Program-made: the position numbers and the translations under genes
Assembly (NCBI GenBank): GCA_040954595.2
Contig: CM082590.2
Span: 4,526,001-4,590,000 of the forward strand
Source: Balanoglossus misakiensis
Lineage: Eukaryota > Animalia > Hemichordata
Direction: 5' to 3'
DNA: 64,000 nucleotides
Notes under the pieces: generated by a model
The model's database searches: none
What the model was told of the DNA's origin: nothing
Seen by the model: the letters and a program-made list of their open reading frames with translations, nothing else
In this document: one piece after another, positions 25,101 through 35,500 of the stretch
Numbering within the stretch: position 1 is the stretch's first letter
Layout of the letters: each line of letters opens with the position of its first letter

Positions 25101-27610
25101 CTTCACAGCAACAGTTTTTATTTGCTGTGAATTCTCTGCACAACATGTTTGGGGATTGTTCACTTTGCATTGAGTTTGCAGAATCCTGCAAACTTCTGCA
25201 AACCCTCAATCAGCCAATCTGCAAACTATATGCCTGCTGGGTATTGGCAGCAAACTCATAACCATCTCCCAGCAAAAATATTTTTTCGTAAGGGAAAGTA
25301 TTCTAATTACACATAAACGTACAAGGCTTACACCAAAATATAGATACTGGAAAATGCCCGGATAAGTCCATGAACTCATGATAAGGCAACAGTCTCAAGA
25401 AAATGGTGAACAAATGCAATGAAAGTATCACAATGAATGTTTGTCCAAACTGTGAGGGCAAGTTATTGTGTAGCTGTAGTAGTGTGTGGGTCGTGCGAAG
25501 GCTTTGTATACCTGGTCGCTGATGTGCTTCCCAAGAAGCATTTTTGACAGTTTGATAGGGCTTGTGTGATTTCCATAAAAGAAATGGGAACAAGGTAATG
25601 GTCATTTCACTGTCCAGACGATCTATTGTTATAGTCTACAGATTTGGGATGTTGTCCTGTTGGTCAGAACATGGAATCCACAACCGACGGTCAGCAAATA
25701 ACGTCACAGCACGGCTGTCACTACACGGCCAAACGGATAACACTCGTTTCCGTTGTGATCAGCCACAAAGTTATGGTTGACATAGACAAGCTGCTTTCTA
25801 TCGGTTAGAATGTCTCATTTTTATAGTAGTTAACCGTATGCGCGCTTAGGGACTGGTCAGTTTCTTCGGCCGGGGGTGGATTCTATTTTGAGGATATCAA
25901 AAAGTGACTGACCGCACCCCTCCTTCATTGACCATGCAAAATTGGATGACCCCCCATCACCCAATTCCTAAACAGGGTGACCTCCCCCAGGCCAAAGAAA
26001 CTGACCATTCCCCTATTTCTTGATTTATATGCCATTATTCTTTGGAGTTGTGGTTAATTCGTGCACGCGCACAATATCCCTTCTTGGGGAAAATGTGAAT
26101 TTTTGTGAGTTTTGATCGCGAATAATAATACATGGTGCAGACATTGCTGAAAGGAAACCATTCCATCGGTGAAATTCCGATCACAAAATACTGGAATTCC
26201 AACAAAACGAAAACAATGAACGACATTCCAGGATAACGACAACCGGCCCATAATGCACTACTGAGACCAAAATGTCTGACTTGTAAATTTGAACAGATGA
26301 TGAACTTGCTGGTGTATAAACCCCCCCCCCCCTCGTCTGGTACATAAAGGCAGAAGATAATAAACTACACAGAAATGTGCTAGTACCTCAATAATTTTGT
26401 GTGTAGACAACTGTTTATTAGAAATAAAAGAACTGATGCATGGTGAACCTTAATCTTACGTTAAATTGGGATTAAAGCGTTCATTGGCAACTTCTTCACT
26501 ATTGTACATTAGTGTCATGAGTTTTGGAACAAACATTTTGCTATGAAATTGTTATGGTCAGTAAATATCACAACTTTATGTTTACACATACACCGATTTA
26601 ATTTCATTTCTTTTGGGGTTACAACAAATATGTGTTCTTGGAGAGAGAGTCGGTGTAAAAACGTGGAGGGGATAAAATATTCATTGCTTTTTGTTCTTCC
26701 AAACTTAAGCGAGGGTTTTGGGGTCAAACGAAAATAGTTGCATTTGACATGCCTCACGTCATGCATTATTTTCGTGATTTTACTATCAAAGTTCGGTTGG
26801 TTCATTTTAAAAAGCTTACTCGCGGGTAAGCACACATGTATCATCAACCTGTCATGTCGTCTGTCGGCAAAGGATACGGAGAAGATAGAGTCAGCTCATG
26901 GGGAATTAATAATTATCCACGACACTATGACCTAAACTATGCCTGCGCCACCTTGCATGAACTCATTTCAGGTCAAAGGTTATCATTCTTTGATATGGCG
27001 TCAATCCAGACTGTCCTATATAAAGACGCACAGCCAGAATGGTTACAAAGTAACACGGGCATGGATTTCAACAATTTATTTATATAAAGTTAGAGCTTGC
27101 CCTTACCCTAAATTTTGCTTGCAGTATAACAGCAAACTAGTTAATAAATGCAACCAATATAATTGCAAAAAATCGTTCCTTTTGTCTCAAGTTGGAGTAG
27201 CCACGAAATGTCGTAATCATTTTGACATAACGTCAACCGAGTTATTATTTATGAATGCACTAATATTATAATGCATACACATACAATGAAAGTTCTGATG
27301 TTTTGCGTGTGTCGAGCAAGCATGACCTTTGAATAAAAATAAACCACGTAGGCCGTATAAAACGGACATAGCGCAGAAAGTCTACGCAGCATTCATAAGT
27401 CTTGTGACACAATTTTCAAAGTGTTGTTTTACATGTCAAATGTGCATGGGGTTGAATGGGTGAATTTTCAAACGCAGTCTTCAGTCCAGAAAAATAAAGC
27501 ACATAAAGCAGTTGTCGTCACTGCCTGACTGAGTTGCCCTTGGTGTGAAATGTATTTGCTACAGTTAAAAGTTCACTTACCTGCGGATCCTTACGTTTTC
27601 CCGAAGCCAT
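2943..27610 (-). CDS. Gene A: ankyrin-repeat / Roc / COR / death-domain ROCO protein (DAPK-like, kinase-less), ~911 aa, 13 coding exons: 27581-27610, 21365-21463, 17470-17568, 16003-16101, 12356-12454, 10792-10890, 8141-8197, 7318-7446, 6693-6986, 5845-5992, 5278-5426, 4542-4727, 2943-4190
   Basis: All introns are GT..AG with compatible phases and there are no internal stops. Motifs: ankyrin (GYTALHVAA, GRAPLHCAA, GKTPLDVA), P-loop GFGGVGKTT, G2 TPGID, G3 DFAGQ, G4 ASRAD, COR (IPRLC, VLDGQWL, YIIPGLL, FTPGLFPRLQ, IWKNG), and a C-terminal death-like domain. Confidence 0.9.
4338..4398. repeat. (GATG)/(ATGT)n microsatellite in the last intron of gene A
   Basis: Read directly from the sequence. 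Confidence 0.85.
4542..4727 (-). CDS. Gene A exon 12, start of COR (KEETIPRLC..ATYYLDSIGE)
   Basis: 186 nt, phase 0-0, overlaps ORF 4425..4625. Confidence 0.9.
5278..5426 (-). CDS. Gene A exon 11, end of Roc (..VLVNCHDSQSEAMGRLR..)
   Basis: 149 nt, phase 1-0, inside ORF 5263..5481, gtgagt donor. Confidence 0.88.
5845..5992 (-). CDS. Gene A exon 10, Roc G4 (..PTVILIASRADML..)
   Basis: 148 nt, phase 0-1, gtgagt donor. Confidence 0.88.
6693..6986 (-). CDS. Gene A exon 9, Roc G2/G3 (YTPTPGIDV..DFAGQCEYYVTH)
   Basis: Lies inside ORF 6624..7007. cag acceptor, GAG|gtgaga donor, 294 nt. Confidence 0.93.
7318..7446 (-). CDS. Gene A exon 8, Roc P-loop (..RVHVCGFGGVGKTTLVKSLQR)
   Basis: 129 nt, phase 0-0, Walker A GxxxxGKT. 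Confidence 0.92.
8141..8197 (-). CDS. Gene A exon 7, ankyrin C-cap (EGKTPLDVANDRRVKSLLK)
   Basis: 57 nt, tttcag acceptor, AAG|gtaata donor, phase 0-0, GxTPLD capping motif. Confidence 0.88.
9094..9237. repeat. ~145-bp near-perfect palindrome (hairpin), probably the end of a non-autonomous element
   Basis: ~65-bp arms around the centre CTCGCCTGCGGCTCG. Confidence 0.85.
10792..10890 (-). CDS. Gene A exon 6, ankyrin repeat (NGRAPLHCAAWGGHGDVVRLLLQSNASINVQSN); duplicate of exon 4
   Basis: 99 nt, cccgcag acceptor, AAC|gtaagt donor, phase 0-0. Confidence 0.9.
12356..12454 (-). CDS. Gene A exon 5, ankyrin repeat (SGYTALHVAAEANQPEVAQVLIDHGADVNAKNR); duplicate of exon 3
   Basis: 99 nt, tttcag acceptor, AGG|gtaagt donor, phase 0-0. 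Confidence 0.92.
16003..16101 (-). CDS. Gene A exon 4, ankyrin repeat (TGQAPLHRAAWWGYGDIVRLLLQSNASVDVQDT)
   Basis: 99 nt, cccacag acceptor, ACT|gtaagt donor, phase 0-0. This reading frame is not in the ORF track. Confidence 0.9.
17470..17568 (-). CDS. Gene A exon 3, ankyrin repeat (SGYTALHVAAYNNKLEAAQVLIDRGADVNANDK)
   Basis: 99 nt, tttcag acceptor, AAG|gtaaga donor, phase 0-0. Confidence 0.92.
17900..18285. repeat. 142-bp tandem repeat, ~2.7 copies (single copy in the duplicated unit at ~12780)
   Basis: ttttcaatc.cacc recurs at ~17908, 18050 and 18192; the near-identical ORFs 17929..18114 and 18071..18256 are offset by 142. Confidence 0.85.
18524..20133 (-). mobile_element. Non-autonomous Helentron-type element (HINE / DINE-1-like) with ~4 internal 240-bp tandem units
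   Basis: Sub-terminal inverted repeat GGTCCCAT(T)/(A)ATGGGACC with an adjacent inverted copy, a (CATA)n microsatellite and a terminal short stem-loop. Inserted in an A/T run with no TSD; the empty site is visible at ~13075. Units start at 18681, 18922, 19161 and 19400. Confidence 0.8.
21365..21463 (-). CDS. Gene A exon 2, ankyrin repeat 1 (DLIKAAENGDVARIQSLITDGYDVNARGEYLGW)
   Basis: 99 nt, tag|GAT acceptor, TGG|gtaagt donor, phase 0-0, ankyrin consensus. Confidence 0.9.
21634..25294. mobile_element. Non-autonomous TIR DNA transposon (CCC..GGG ends, EnSpm/CMC-like) in gene A intron 1
   Basis: TIR CCCTTACGAAAAAA / TTTTTTCGTAAGGG, apparent 2-bp AA TSD and subterminal CTGCAAAC/TGCAG repeats. 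Absent at the paralogous site ~56390. The superfamily is inferred from the termini only. Confidence 0.7.
21649..23100 (-). mobile_element. HINE / DINE-1-like element, same family, ~3 internal 239-bp units; nested in the TIR of the CCC..GGG element
   Basis: Same termini as 18524-20133. Units start at ~21913, 22151 and 22390. Confidence 0.8.
25849..26013. mobile_element. MITE, PIF/Harbinger-like; predates the A/B duplication
   Basis: TIR GGGACTGGTCAGTTTCTT preceded by TTA. Paralogous copy at 57458-57654. Confidence 0.7.
27581..27610 (-). CDS. Gene A coding exon 1 (MASGKRKDPQ)
   Basis: ATG GCT start and donor CAG|gtaagt, phase 0. Conserved with the paralogous exon at 59207-59236. Confidence 0.75.
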
Positions 27611-27863
27611 GATTACGTCATTGACATTGTGTTGGAATACTTCAAGAATCTGGATCAGTAGCACCGCTCTCTAGAGTTGAACAAGTCACATTCGTATGTG
27701 TTCAAAATGGCGTTGACTACCTGGTCAGGTGACGTTGACAAAATTTTCGGGACATTGTCTGATAAATGAGAAAGTACGTTAAAACAACAAAAAATACCGG
27801 CACTTGGTCGAAGTTCATGACATCATAGAGGTGTGCCATATACAATATAGGTCAATACTATAG

Positions 27864-27871
27864 TGACGTCA
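27864..27871. promoter_or_regulatory. CRE/ATF palindrome TGACGTCA about 255 bp upstream of the gene A ATG
   Basis: Perfect palindrome, retained in the paralogous positions 59487-59494 and 63664-63671 despite flanking divergence. Confidence 0.5.
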
Positions 27872-27908
27872 CAGCATAATTCATTCAATGTGTGTGTTTC
27901 TGAGTTAA

Positions 27909-28616
27909 GGTGGCATTGCATGAAAAGTTGTGATTTTTGCCAAATTTTACTTTTTTATATTAATCGGTAGGCCTAATACTGACCCACATCCTGACTAATG
28001 CGTCTTGGCGGAAATGTTGCATAATCACCCCAAAATAGCACTTTTCTGAATGAGTTCACAACTTAACAAATAGGTGTCAACAATGCAAATGGCCGTTTTT
28101 CTCAGTTTGCATTTTCGCTGCTCTTGACAACTTCAGAAGAATTTAGCTCAAATTTTAACAGGGGATTGTGTATGACCAATCCAACAAAACGGTATTTTTG
28201 TTAGTCGATAAAGTGTCACTGGCGGGAATAAACTCTGATTCAATACAACTCACCGTGAATTTGGTCAAATTTTCTGAAAATCTAACTTTTAAACGCTGTT
28301 ACTCCTCAATGGAAGCAGATAACGCAAAACAAAATTAGCGTTTTTTTGCACGTGTACTCTAGTTTCGAATGACATACTAAGATGCATGATGCATGGTCAA
28401 CTTTTTTACCTAATTTAAATTTAATGACATAATATCAAAAAATGGGGTTTTAAACCCAAAATCGCCATTATTTCCGGGGATCAATTATAGTTGCAACTCA
28501 AACAAAAGTTCAAAAACTCAGCTTCCAGATTATATATGGTTTATGGGGGTTTTAACTTAGTCTTTGATGAGAAATAGGCTTCTGAAAAAGTCTCGACGGT
28601 TTCATGCAATGCCACC
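27909..28616. mobile_element. Non-autonomous TTAA-specific element (Kolobok-like) just upstream of the gene A promoter
   Basis: TTAA-GGTGGCATTGCATGAAA ... TTTCATGCAATGCCACC-TTAA. Absent at the paralogous site ~59520. Confidence 0.8.
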
Positions 28617-28784
28617 TTAATCACAAAATTAGTCGGCACATTCAAACAACATGTTAATGACAGTATGAGCAATACATCACGTGAATGAAGTGACATATCT
28701 CCACTTCGCAATACTCAGTGCAGGACTATGACATTACTCTAGGCAATGAAACGCGATCATGATGACTATGATTCTAACTGAACT

Positions 28785-30085
28785 TGGTCTGCCACACACT
28801 TCAACTACATAAAGCGTACGGGCGTTCCTCGCAGGCTTCCGGGGCTTGGTTAGGCCACGACGGTACGTACGGTTGCACTGGGCTCAACGGGACCTGGTCG
28901 CATCTTAATTTCTGAGGGGTGAGGGTAAAAACCCCGTACCTGGAATCTGATTTTATTGTTCCTCCGTGTGTACGCTTGCCAGAACTCTATATAAGGGGGA
29001 TTAGTGGTATGCCAAACACGGCGTGGTTAGGCTCTGGCCCCGCCGTGTAAGCTAGGGAACGCGCCGTGTCGGTGTCCTTTACATAGGCGCGGTATATAAT
29101 GCATGGAGACAGAAGAATGAAGGGCAGCTGGCGTGCTGCCTCTCCGGGGTTCCCCCGGGGGACCTCGCTGTAGTCCCCGCCGGGTTAGATAGGGAACGTG
29201 CCGTGTCGATGTCCTTTGAGCGGTTACGCTTCCAAGAACTCTGTAGATGTATAAGGGGGATTAGTGGTCTGCCACACACTTCAACTATAGAGCATACGGG
29301 CGTTCCTCGCAGGCTTCTCCGGGCGTGGTTAAGCTCTGGCCCGGCTGAGTTAGAAGGGAACTCGCCGTGTCGGTGTCCTTTACATAGGCGCAGTATATAA
29401 TGCATGGAGACAGGTTCCCCGGCCATCCGCACTGAATGGGAGGAATCGGTTCTGCCCCCGCCTGGCAGGAAAGGAAGAGCCCGTACCCAGTGTGGCCGTT
29501 GTCCGCTCCTTAGAGGTTTCGCCGTAAATACGGGTACTCTGGTCTCCACCGGGCCTGGTCGCATCTGCCCCCGCCGAAGGAAGCCGTTTAATTAGATATG
29601 CACATAATTAATGAGGGTCAAATGTCACATGTAAATATGTGAGCTCCCACCAAATAAGACGTCTGCAGGTTTAATAGTTATGCAGAAATTATTGTTGTCT
29701 TTTTAACTATGGCTTTAGGAATTTCCATATAAATGAAAAAATCATATTATTAACAAAGTTAGCTAATTTTTCAGGGACTGATAGTACCGACGCTCTATAA
29801 AAAAACTTAGAGATCACAAAGGCTTTTTCTAAATCTAGAAATAAAAGTAAACCAGACTTAATTTGCTTCTTTTTAAAAAATACGTAACATCAATAATAGT
29901 TCGAATGGCAACACGTATATTTCAAACCAAGTCTAAATGATGGCTTGTATTATTAAGGGGTTGGGTCAACTACATGAAGCATACGGGCGTTCCTCGCAGG
30001 CTTCCCCAGGCGCGGTTAGGCTCTGGCCCTGCAGAGTTTGAAGGGAACGTCGTGTAAGCTATGGAACGCGCCGTGTCGGTCGGTT
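28785..30085. repeat. GC-rich degenerate repeat cluster
   Basis: tacgggcgttcctcgcaggctt recurs at ~28817, 29295 and 29982; gggaac.cgccgtgtcggt also recurs several times. Confidence 0.65.
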
Positions 30086-30089
30086 ACAT

Positions 30090-31050
30090 AATAACGCATG
30101 ATAGCGAGGGCGCCGGCAATATCACGATTTGAAGCCTGCACGAGGGATGGTGATCTGTGACCATAATATTGATGATGCCCGAGCCGCAGGCGAGGGTATC
30201 ATCAATATTATGGTCAGAGATCACTTAATCACGAAATCGCAGGCGGGTATACACGAGATTTGGGTACAATTCGAGACATATAGCACGATTATAATAATAA
30301 TATCATGCTACCGTCCACGATTCTGATTGGACGAGAGCTGAATCCAGCCATAGTAAAATACTGTTTTACCATGGCTAGCAGTGGTAAAACGGGCCCCTGA
30401 ACTAGCATACGGCAGCAAAATGTGCGGTTAAACCACAGTCGCGCGTGTTTAAACCAAATAAATAAAACAAAAATAATGTTGAATTAACGGACGTTTTTTT
30501 TGGAACTGCTCTGTGGACATATTTGTTGCTTTGCCACGCGCGATGCCCGTCTTGTCACTTTTTGTCGTCTGCTTCATGTTTAATGCTCGATCCCGGCCGC
30601 TCGTGTTTACATTCGTCGTCGCCATGTTGGTTCACGATCGTAATTTCTCTTTCTGACGCCGTTTCGGTAAGAAAATGACACTGATATGCCACAAAAACAG
30701 TTGTTGATATAATTTAATAGCAATAACCCCCGTCTCAGTCAGGTATACACTCGATTTGGGTACAATTCGCTTCATATAGCAGTAAAATATCATCCAGTTG
30801 AACAGGTGTTAATCCTGTGTGTCGCTTTGAAGCCATATATGCGGGAGTTGACTGATCGTGGAGGAAGCCATTGAACGACAGTTTGGAACGCGCAGAAGTC
30901 GCGCGCAGAACACCAAAACAACCCAGCGGGCAATATCAGCGCACGCGACAGGGCTTTATCAACACTAGCCATATCACTTTTTTTTTCTATATCACGTGAG
31001 CGCGTCTCAGCCAATCACGAATATGGTATAATACGTGAGGTGTAATAAAG
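30090..31050. mobile_element. Hairpin-containing non-autonomous element of uncertain class
   Basis: Palindrome at 30150-30224 centred on CGAGCCGCAGGCGAG. A direct repeat (gatttgggtacaattcg..catatagca) occurs at ~30257 and ~30753. Boundaries are approximate. Confidence 0.5.
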
Positions 31051-34000
31051 ATGTATAAGGGGGAGTGGTTGTCAATATTTTCATAATATTCTACCCTTTT
31101 CAGCAATAATTATGTAAAAAAGAGGTTTTTCGGAATTTGGAAAATGTTATTCGTACTAGTGTTCGCAACATTTACACAGAGATTGGCGGTCATTTTTAAC
31201 TTAAAATTTTAGACCATTTAGTTATTATTCTTAATTTTAAGCGAACATAATTTAAAGTTTCTTTGAGCAAAATATGAGTAAATTTTAAGACGTCTTCTAC
31301 CCAAATAATAATGATCACACGTGCGGAATTTGCATTGGTTCCTGTTACTACATGTATCACATAACATTGGCTTAGAAACAGGAGGTTAAGTGCATTACAT
31401 ATCAGACGATATTCCGAGTATGCATGACAATTTTGTTGATTCTCTAGTACAGCAGCAGAAACAAAATTGTGCGGATCTTAGTTTAGATACCTCGGTAAGG
31501 TCATATGCAGTGACTAAAGGTATGTTTGGTTTGATTGATAAACGTCCATTTACAGAATGTAAGCTTTGATTCTATAATTTCTGCTGAGAGATATCAGGAA
31601 CAGGTACATTTCACGACCTCATTATTTAAGCTTATACGTGCGCGCAAAATGACCCCGATCAGTGATGACCGTGTGTGACCTGTCGTACTCAGGCTATTGG
31701 ACGCTGACAACTGAAACTCGCGCAAACAAATTACTTTTTATGTAAAACACCAGCTAAATTCACAGGATATAGCCGGCACTGAAGTTTATGAACTAGAAAT
31801 TAAAATCATCTCATAACATCACAGTTTTATCCACTTTGTAAAACATTTAGAGGTGACAATTTCGTGATTCATGTGTGAACACTAACCGAAATAACAGAAC
31901 AATAAACACAAAATCCGAAATACACCCCACAAATAATTTTCCTTCAAATACTCTTTGCAAAACATTTCTGGACGCGGAAATATACAGAGATCAAAGACAA
32001 GATCAAAGCAACAATGTAGTTGATGTAAGAAAACACACCACTGTCACCACCACAGACAAATTAAAAAGAAATAAATGTCAATTGACCCTCACCGCTCTGA
32101 TGTTATGTTCGTCTCTATGAACATAAAAATTGGGCGATTCTTTATTACAATGATTGTTAAAGGTGTGAGACTACAAGAAGACAACGTATGATCTCCTGTT
32201 TAATTGATAATAATACGAGATTATATGACAACTAAGACAAGATTTCCCAGAGTAATGTACACTGCAGTAATTTCAGATGCAAACATAAGCGCATATTGAG
32301 ATTCTTTTTATAATGACAAAATTGAAGATGACGAACTTTCAGACAATAACGTAGACAGGGACAGTAACTTATTGTACTACCGCTAACATCAAGAAACACG
32401 CTGCTGACCTTTCAAATAACATCACAACTTTCCTCATTTCTGTAGTAACAATTCGTCATAATTTTGTACACTGAGGGACGTTTTGCAAATTTTCCATATA
32501 TTCTTGATATCACAGAAAGTTGAAACAAAAGCGACCTTGTCCCTTTAAGTACAGTCACCAATTTCAAAATGAGAATCATAAGCGCCACCATATATTACAG
32601 CCATCAACCTACACAAGTATTTAGAAGAAGAAATAATTGCTGGTGTCCATTTGCATCGGTGTACTAAGCATTCTTCTGTATAATTAATTCTAGTCGAGAG
32701 CTATTGGTCATTTTCAGTTCAACTTTTGCAATCAACATCTCTTCAAATGTTTGCTGGGAAGTGTATACTTACATGTATCAGCGGGAAGCAGTGGTATATT
32801 TTACGTGCAAGTATATTTCATGAAATATATTTCAGTTTAAAATAAATATATCTGTTAAAACTGCGATAAAATAAAGATCACTTCCAAGTTTATACATGTA
32901 ATGTTCAGTCACTAAATTTGATCAAAACACACTATGCAGCTGAGAGAAGCAGTTCACTGACTTCACTGCACATAACGATTCTCGTTCAGATAAGAAGAAT
33001 GATCTGGAGTACATATAGGCGGAGACAACACAGGTATTTGATGAGGTTACATTTCATCACATTCCTGGGTAGATTGAAAGATTCAGTCGTGTGCTATCAC
33101 TCCGGCGCATTGCTTGGTACCCTTAAAAGTGGACAGGGCGCTGGACTACACGCTCAGCTCTGATTAAATTTGGTCAAATTCCAGGGTCATCCTGAGGACA
33201 GTGATTGATCAACTTTGTACATCCATTCATACCTGACCTGGTGATTATTTCAAGGACTAGTAAAAATTAGCATGGGCGTTATATTTACTTGCCATATTTT
33301 CTAAAAGTGTGGTTAAATTTTATCATAAACAAAGTGCAAAAATCAATGTGTCACCTAAATTTGTACATATTCTTCCACAAAATCTCAGTAATTCGCGTCA
33401 TAGAGAAAAATCAAACGAAATGGTATAGTTTTAACCATGAATTTAGCACATTTTGGAAACGTCCTGTACATTTAATTAGTTTTTGCTGATACTTGTTTGC
33501 CTTTTGATTGAGGCCGCCATGGGAAGATGTCCACTGACATATTTTTATAAAAATATTTTAAGGTTAAACACTTTGTTTACATATTTTGTATCAAAATGTC
33601 ATGTGATCGTGGAAGAGAAATGTACGGAACACGTGTGGGCGATGTCAAAATCAGAGATACCTCCAGAGTACACCCCCACAATAAAATGGTCGCGTCTGAC
33701 TTGGTATGATCACAGATGTAAAGGCACATGCAAGTTGCTTAAACGGCCGTGCGCTGCCATGGAAACCATGATGCGGCATTCGCCTATATATAGGACTGTA
33801 CGATTCGCGTACATTATTGCCGTAAAGTTTGTTTCATCACATTTTCAAAGCTTTGGATGTCTAAAACAAATATTGATAGTCTGATTATCTATGACTATTT
33901 CATTGATTCTCTTGTACGGCAGCAGAAAAAAATAGTGCGACTTATTGATTTGACATACCTGGCCAATATGTCTGCCATATTTAGAGAGGCATTGTCAAAA

Positions 34001-35374
34001 TAATTGCTCAGTAGCACAGGTATGTTTTTCAACAGCTGTTTTTTTCTCAAACTATGACTTGTTCATACAGTTTAGTGACTAAAGGTTTGTTTGGTGTGAT
34101 TGATAAACTCCATCTACAGTAGTATTAGCTTTGGTTCTATCGTATCTGCTGTGAGATATCACCAAAAGGAATATTCGACGATTGTGGCCGGTTTATCTCT
34201 AAAAATGTTTATCACACAGACAACACTTGGTAAATATCGGCGGTGACAACACAGGCATTTGATGTGCTTAAGTTTGGTCAAATTCCAGGGTCATCCTGTA
34301 CGATACTGAGGACAGTGATTGATCAACTTTGTACACTCATTCACACCTGGCCCAGTGCTTACTTCAACGACAAGTAAAGATTAGCATGGGCGTAAAATTG
34401 GATTTTAACTCGCCACTGACAGCAGCATTTAAAAAAAGCAATATTATATTTAAGAATTCGGCTTTTCTTGCTTAGTCAACGGCAACAATGTTCATTTCCG
34501 ATGAACCACAGTTTACAGTGTCCTAGCCATTTCTGTACTTAGTGCTTCAAACCTTAATCTTCTATATTGAGTCAACATTTCATTTTTTGCCTAAATGTGA
34601 TCATCTGTTAAGCATGCTGCGTGTATGGTATATTTAGAACAGTCGTTTTAGTTGTTGCACTCAGATCGATCCTGGTATGACTAGACATTTGGACGCATCA
34701 CACCCTATGTGCCACGTTGAGCCTGGTTAGTTGGTGATGACGTCATTCTCTAAGGGGTGGTGACATTTATATTATCAGACATATTGTCAGTTAAAATTCT
34801 AAATTTAGTTTGTGTTCACCTTTATCTTCAAAATGCCCCACTTACAATCCAACCAAAAAGACTAAATTAATGTCATTGTCACAACAGTAAATATTGATCA
34901 GTTTTGGAATAAAGGAATGGCTTGAGTCCCTCGGGTGGTGAAGGAGTCACTGTGGTATGCCCATGCGCAGTTGATGTTTAGATGTTATATGTTAACGGCA
35001 GGAACCTAGAGACCAGCATGCAGCGTGGAACTTCATAAGTTACAAGTCAGTGGACAGCGTTAATGATTAAAACTCAGACGACTGCAGGCCAGGACAAACA
35101 ACTAATATGAATCCTGCCCCAACTAAATACTACCTGAAACATAGCGCCCAGCTCCACTAACTTTTATATATACTTATATATTTCATTTTTGAGCTCTAGA
35201 CACCCACGTATAAGTATGGAACTAAGAATCTGAAGCCGTGCTATAAAGTACATAGAACAAGATTGCAGTCAAATATAAAACAACAACTTCTGTTTGTCGA
35301 GAGTCTAGGTCCAAACAACACATTGGAAATTCCAGGCTTGTGTGTGTTCCCCTGTACTCTCAAAATTACTAAGG

Positions 35375-35500
35375 AACATGTACATAAGAATTTGCATGGG
35401 TTCTTCAGACCAGTTGTAAGTGATTCACAGTTAGGTTTTCGTAAAGGTTTCTCAAATGACACATTGCTATGCAAAATGGTAAATGTTCATCAAATAGTCT
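35375..35500 (+). pseudogene. Short LINE reverse-transcriptase relic
   Basis: VSDSQLGFRKGFSNDTLL matches the QxGFRxxxS motif of non-LTR RTs. Confidence 0.55.

Noticed and set aside
29079-29564. 161-aa ORF
   Set aside because: It arises from a GC-rich degenerate repeat and has no protein motif or splice context.
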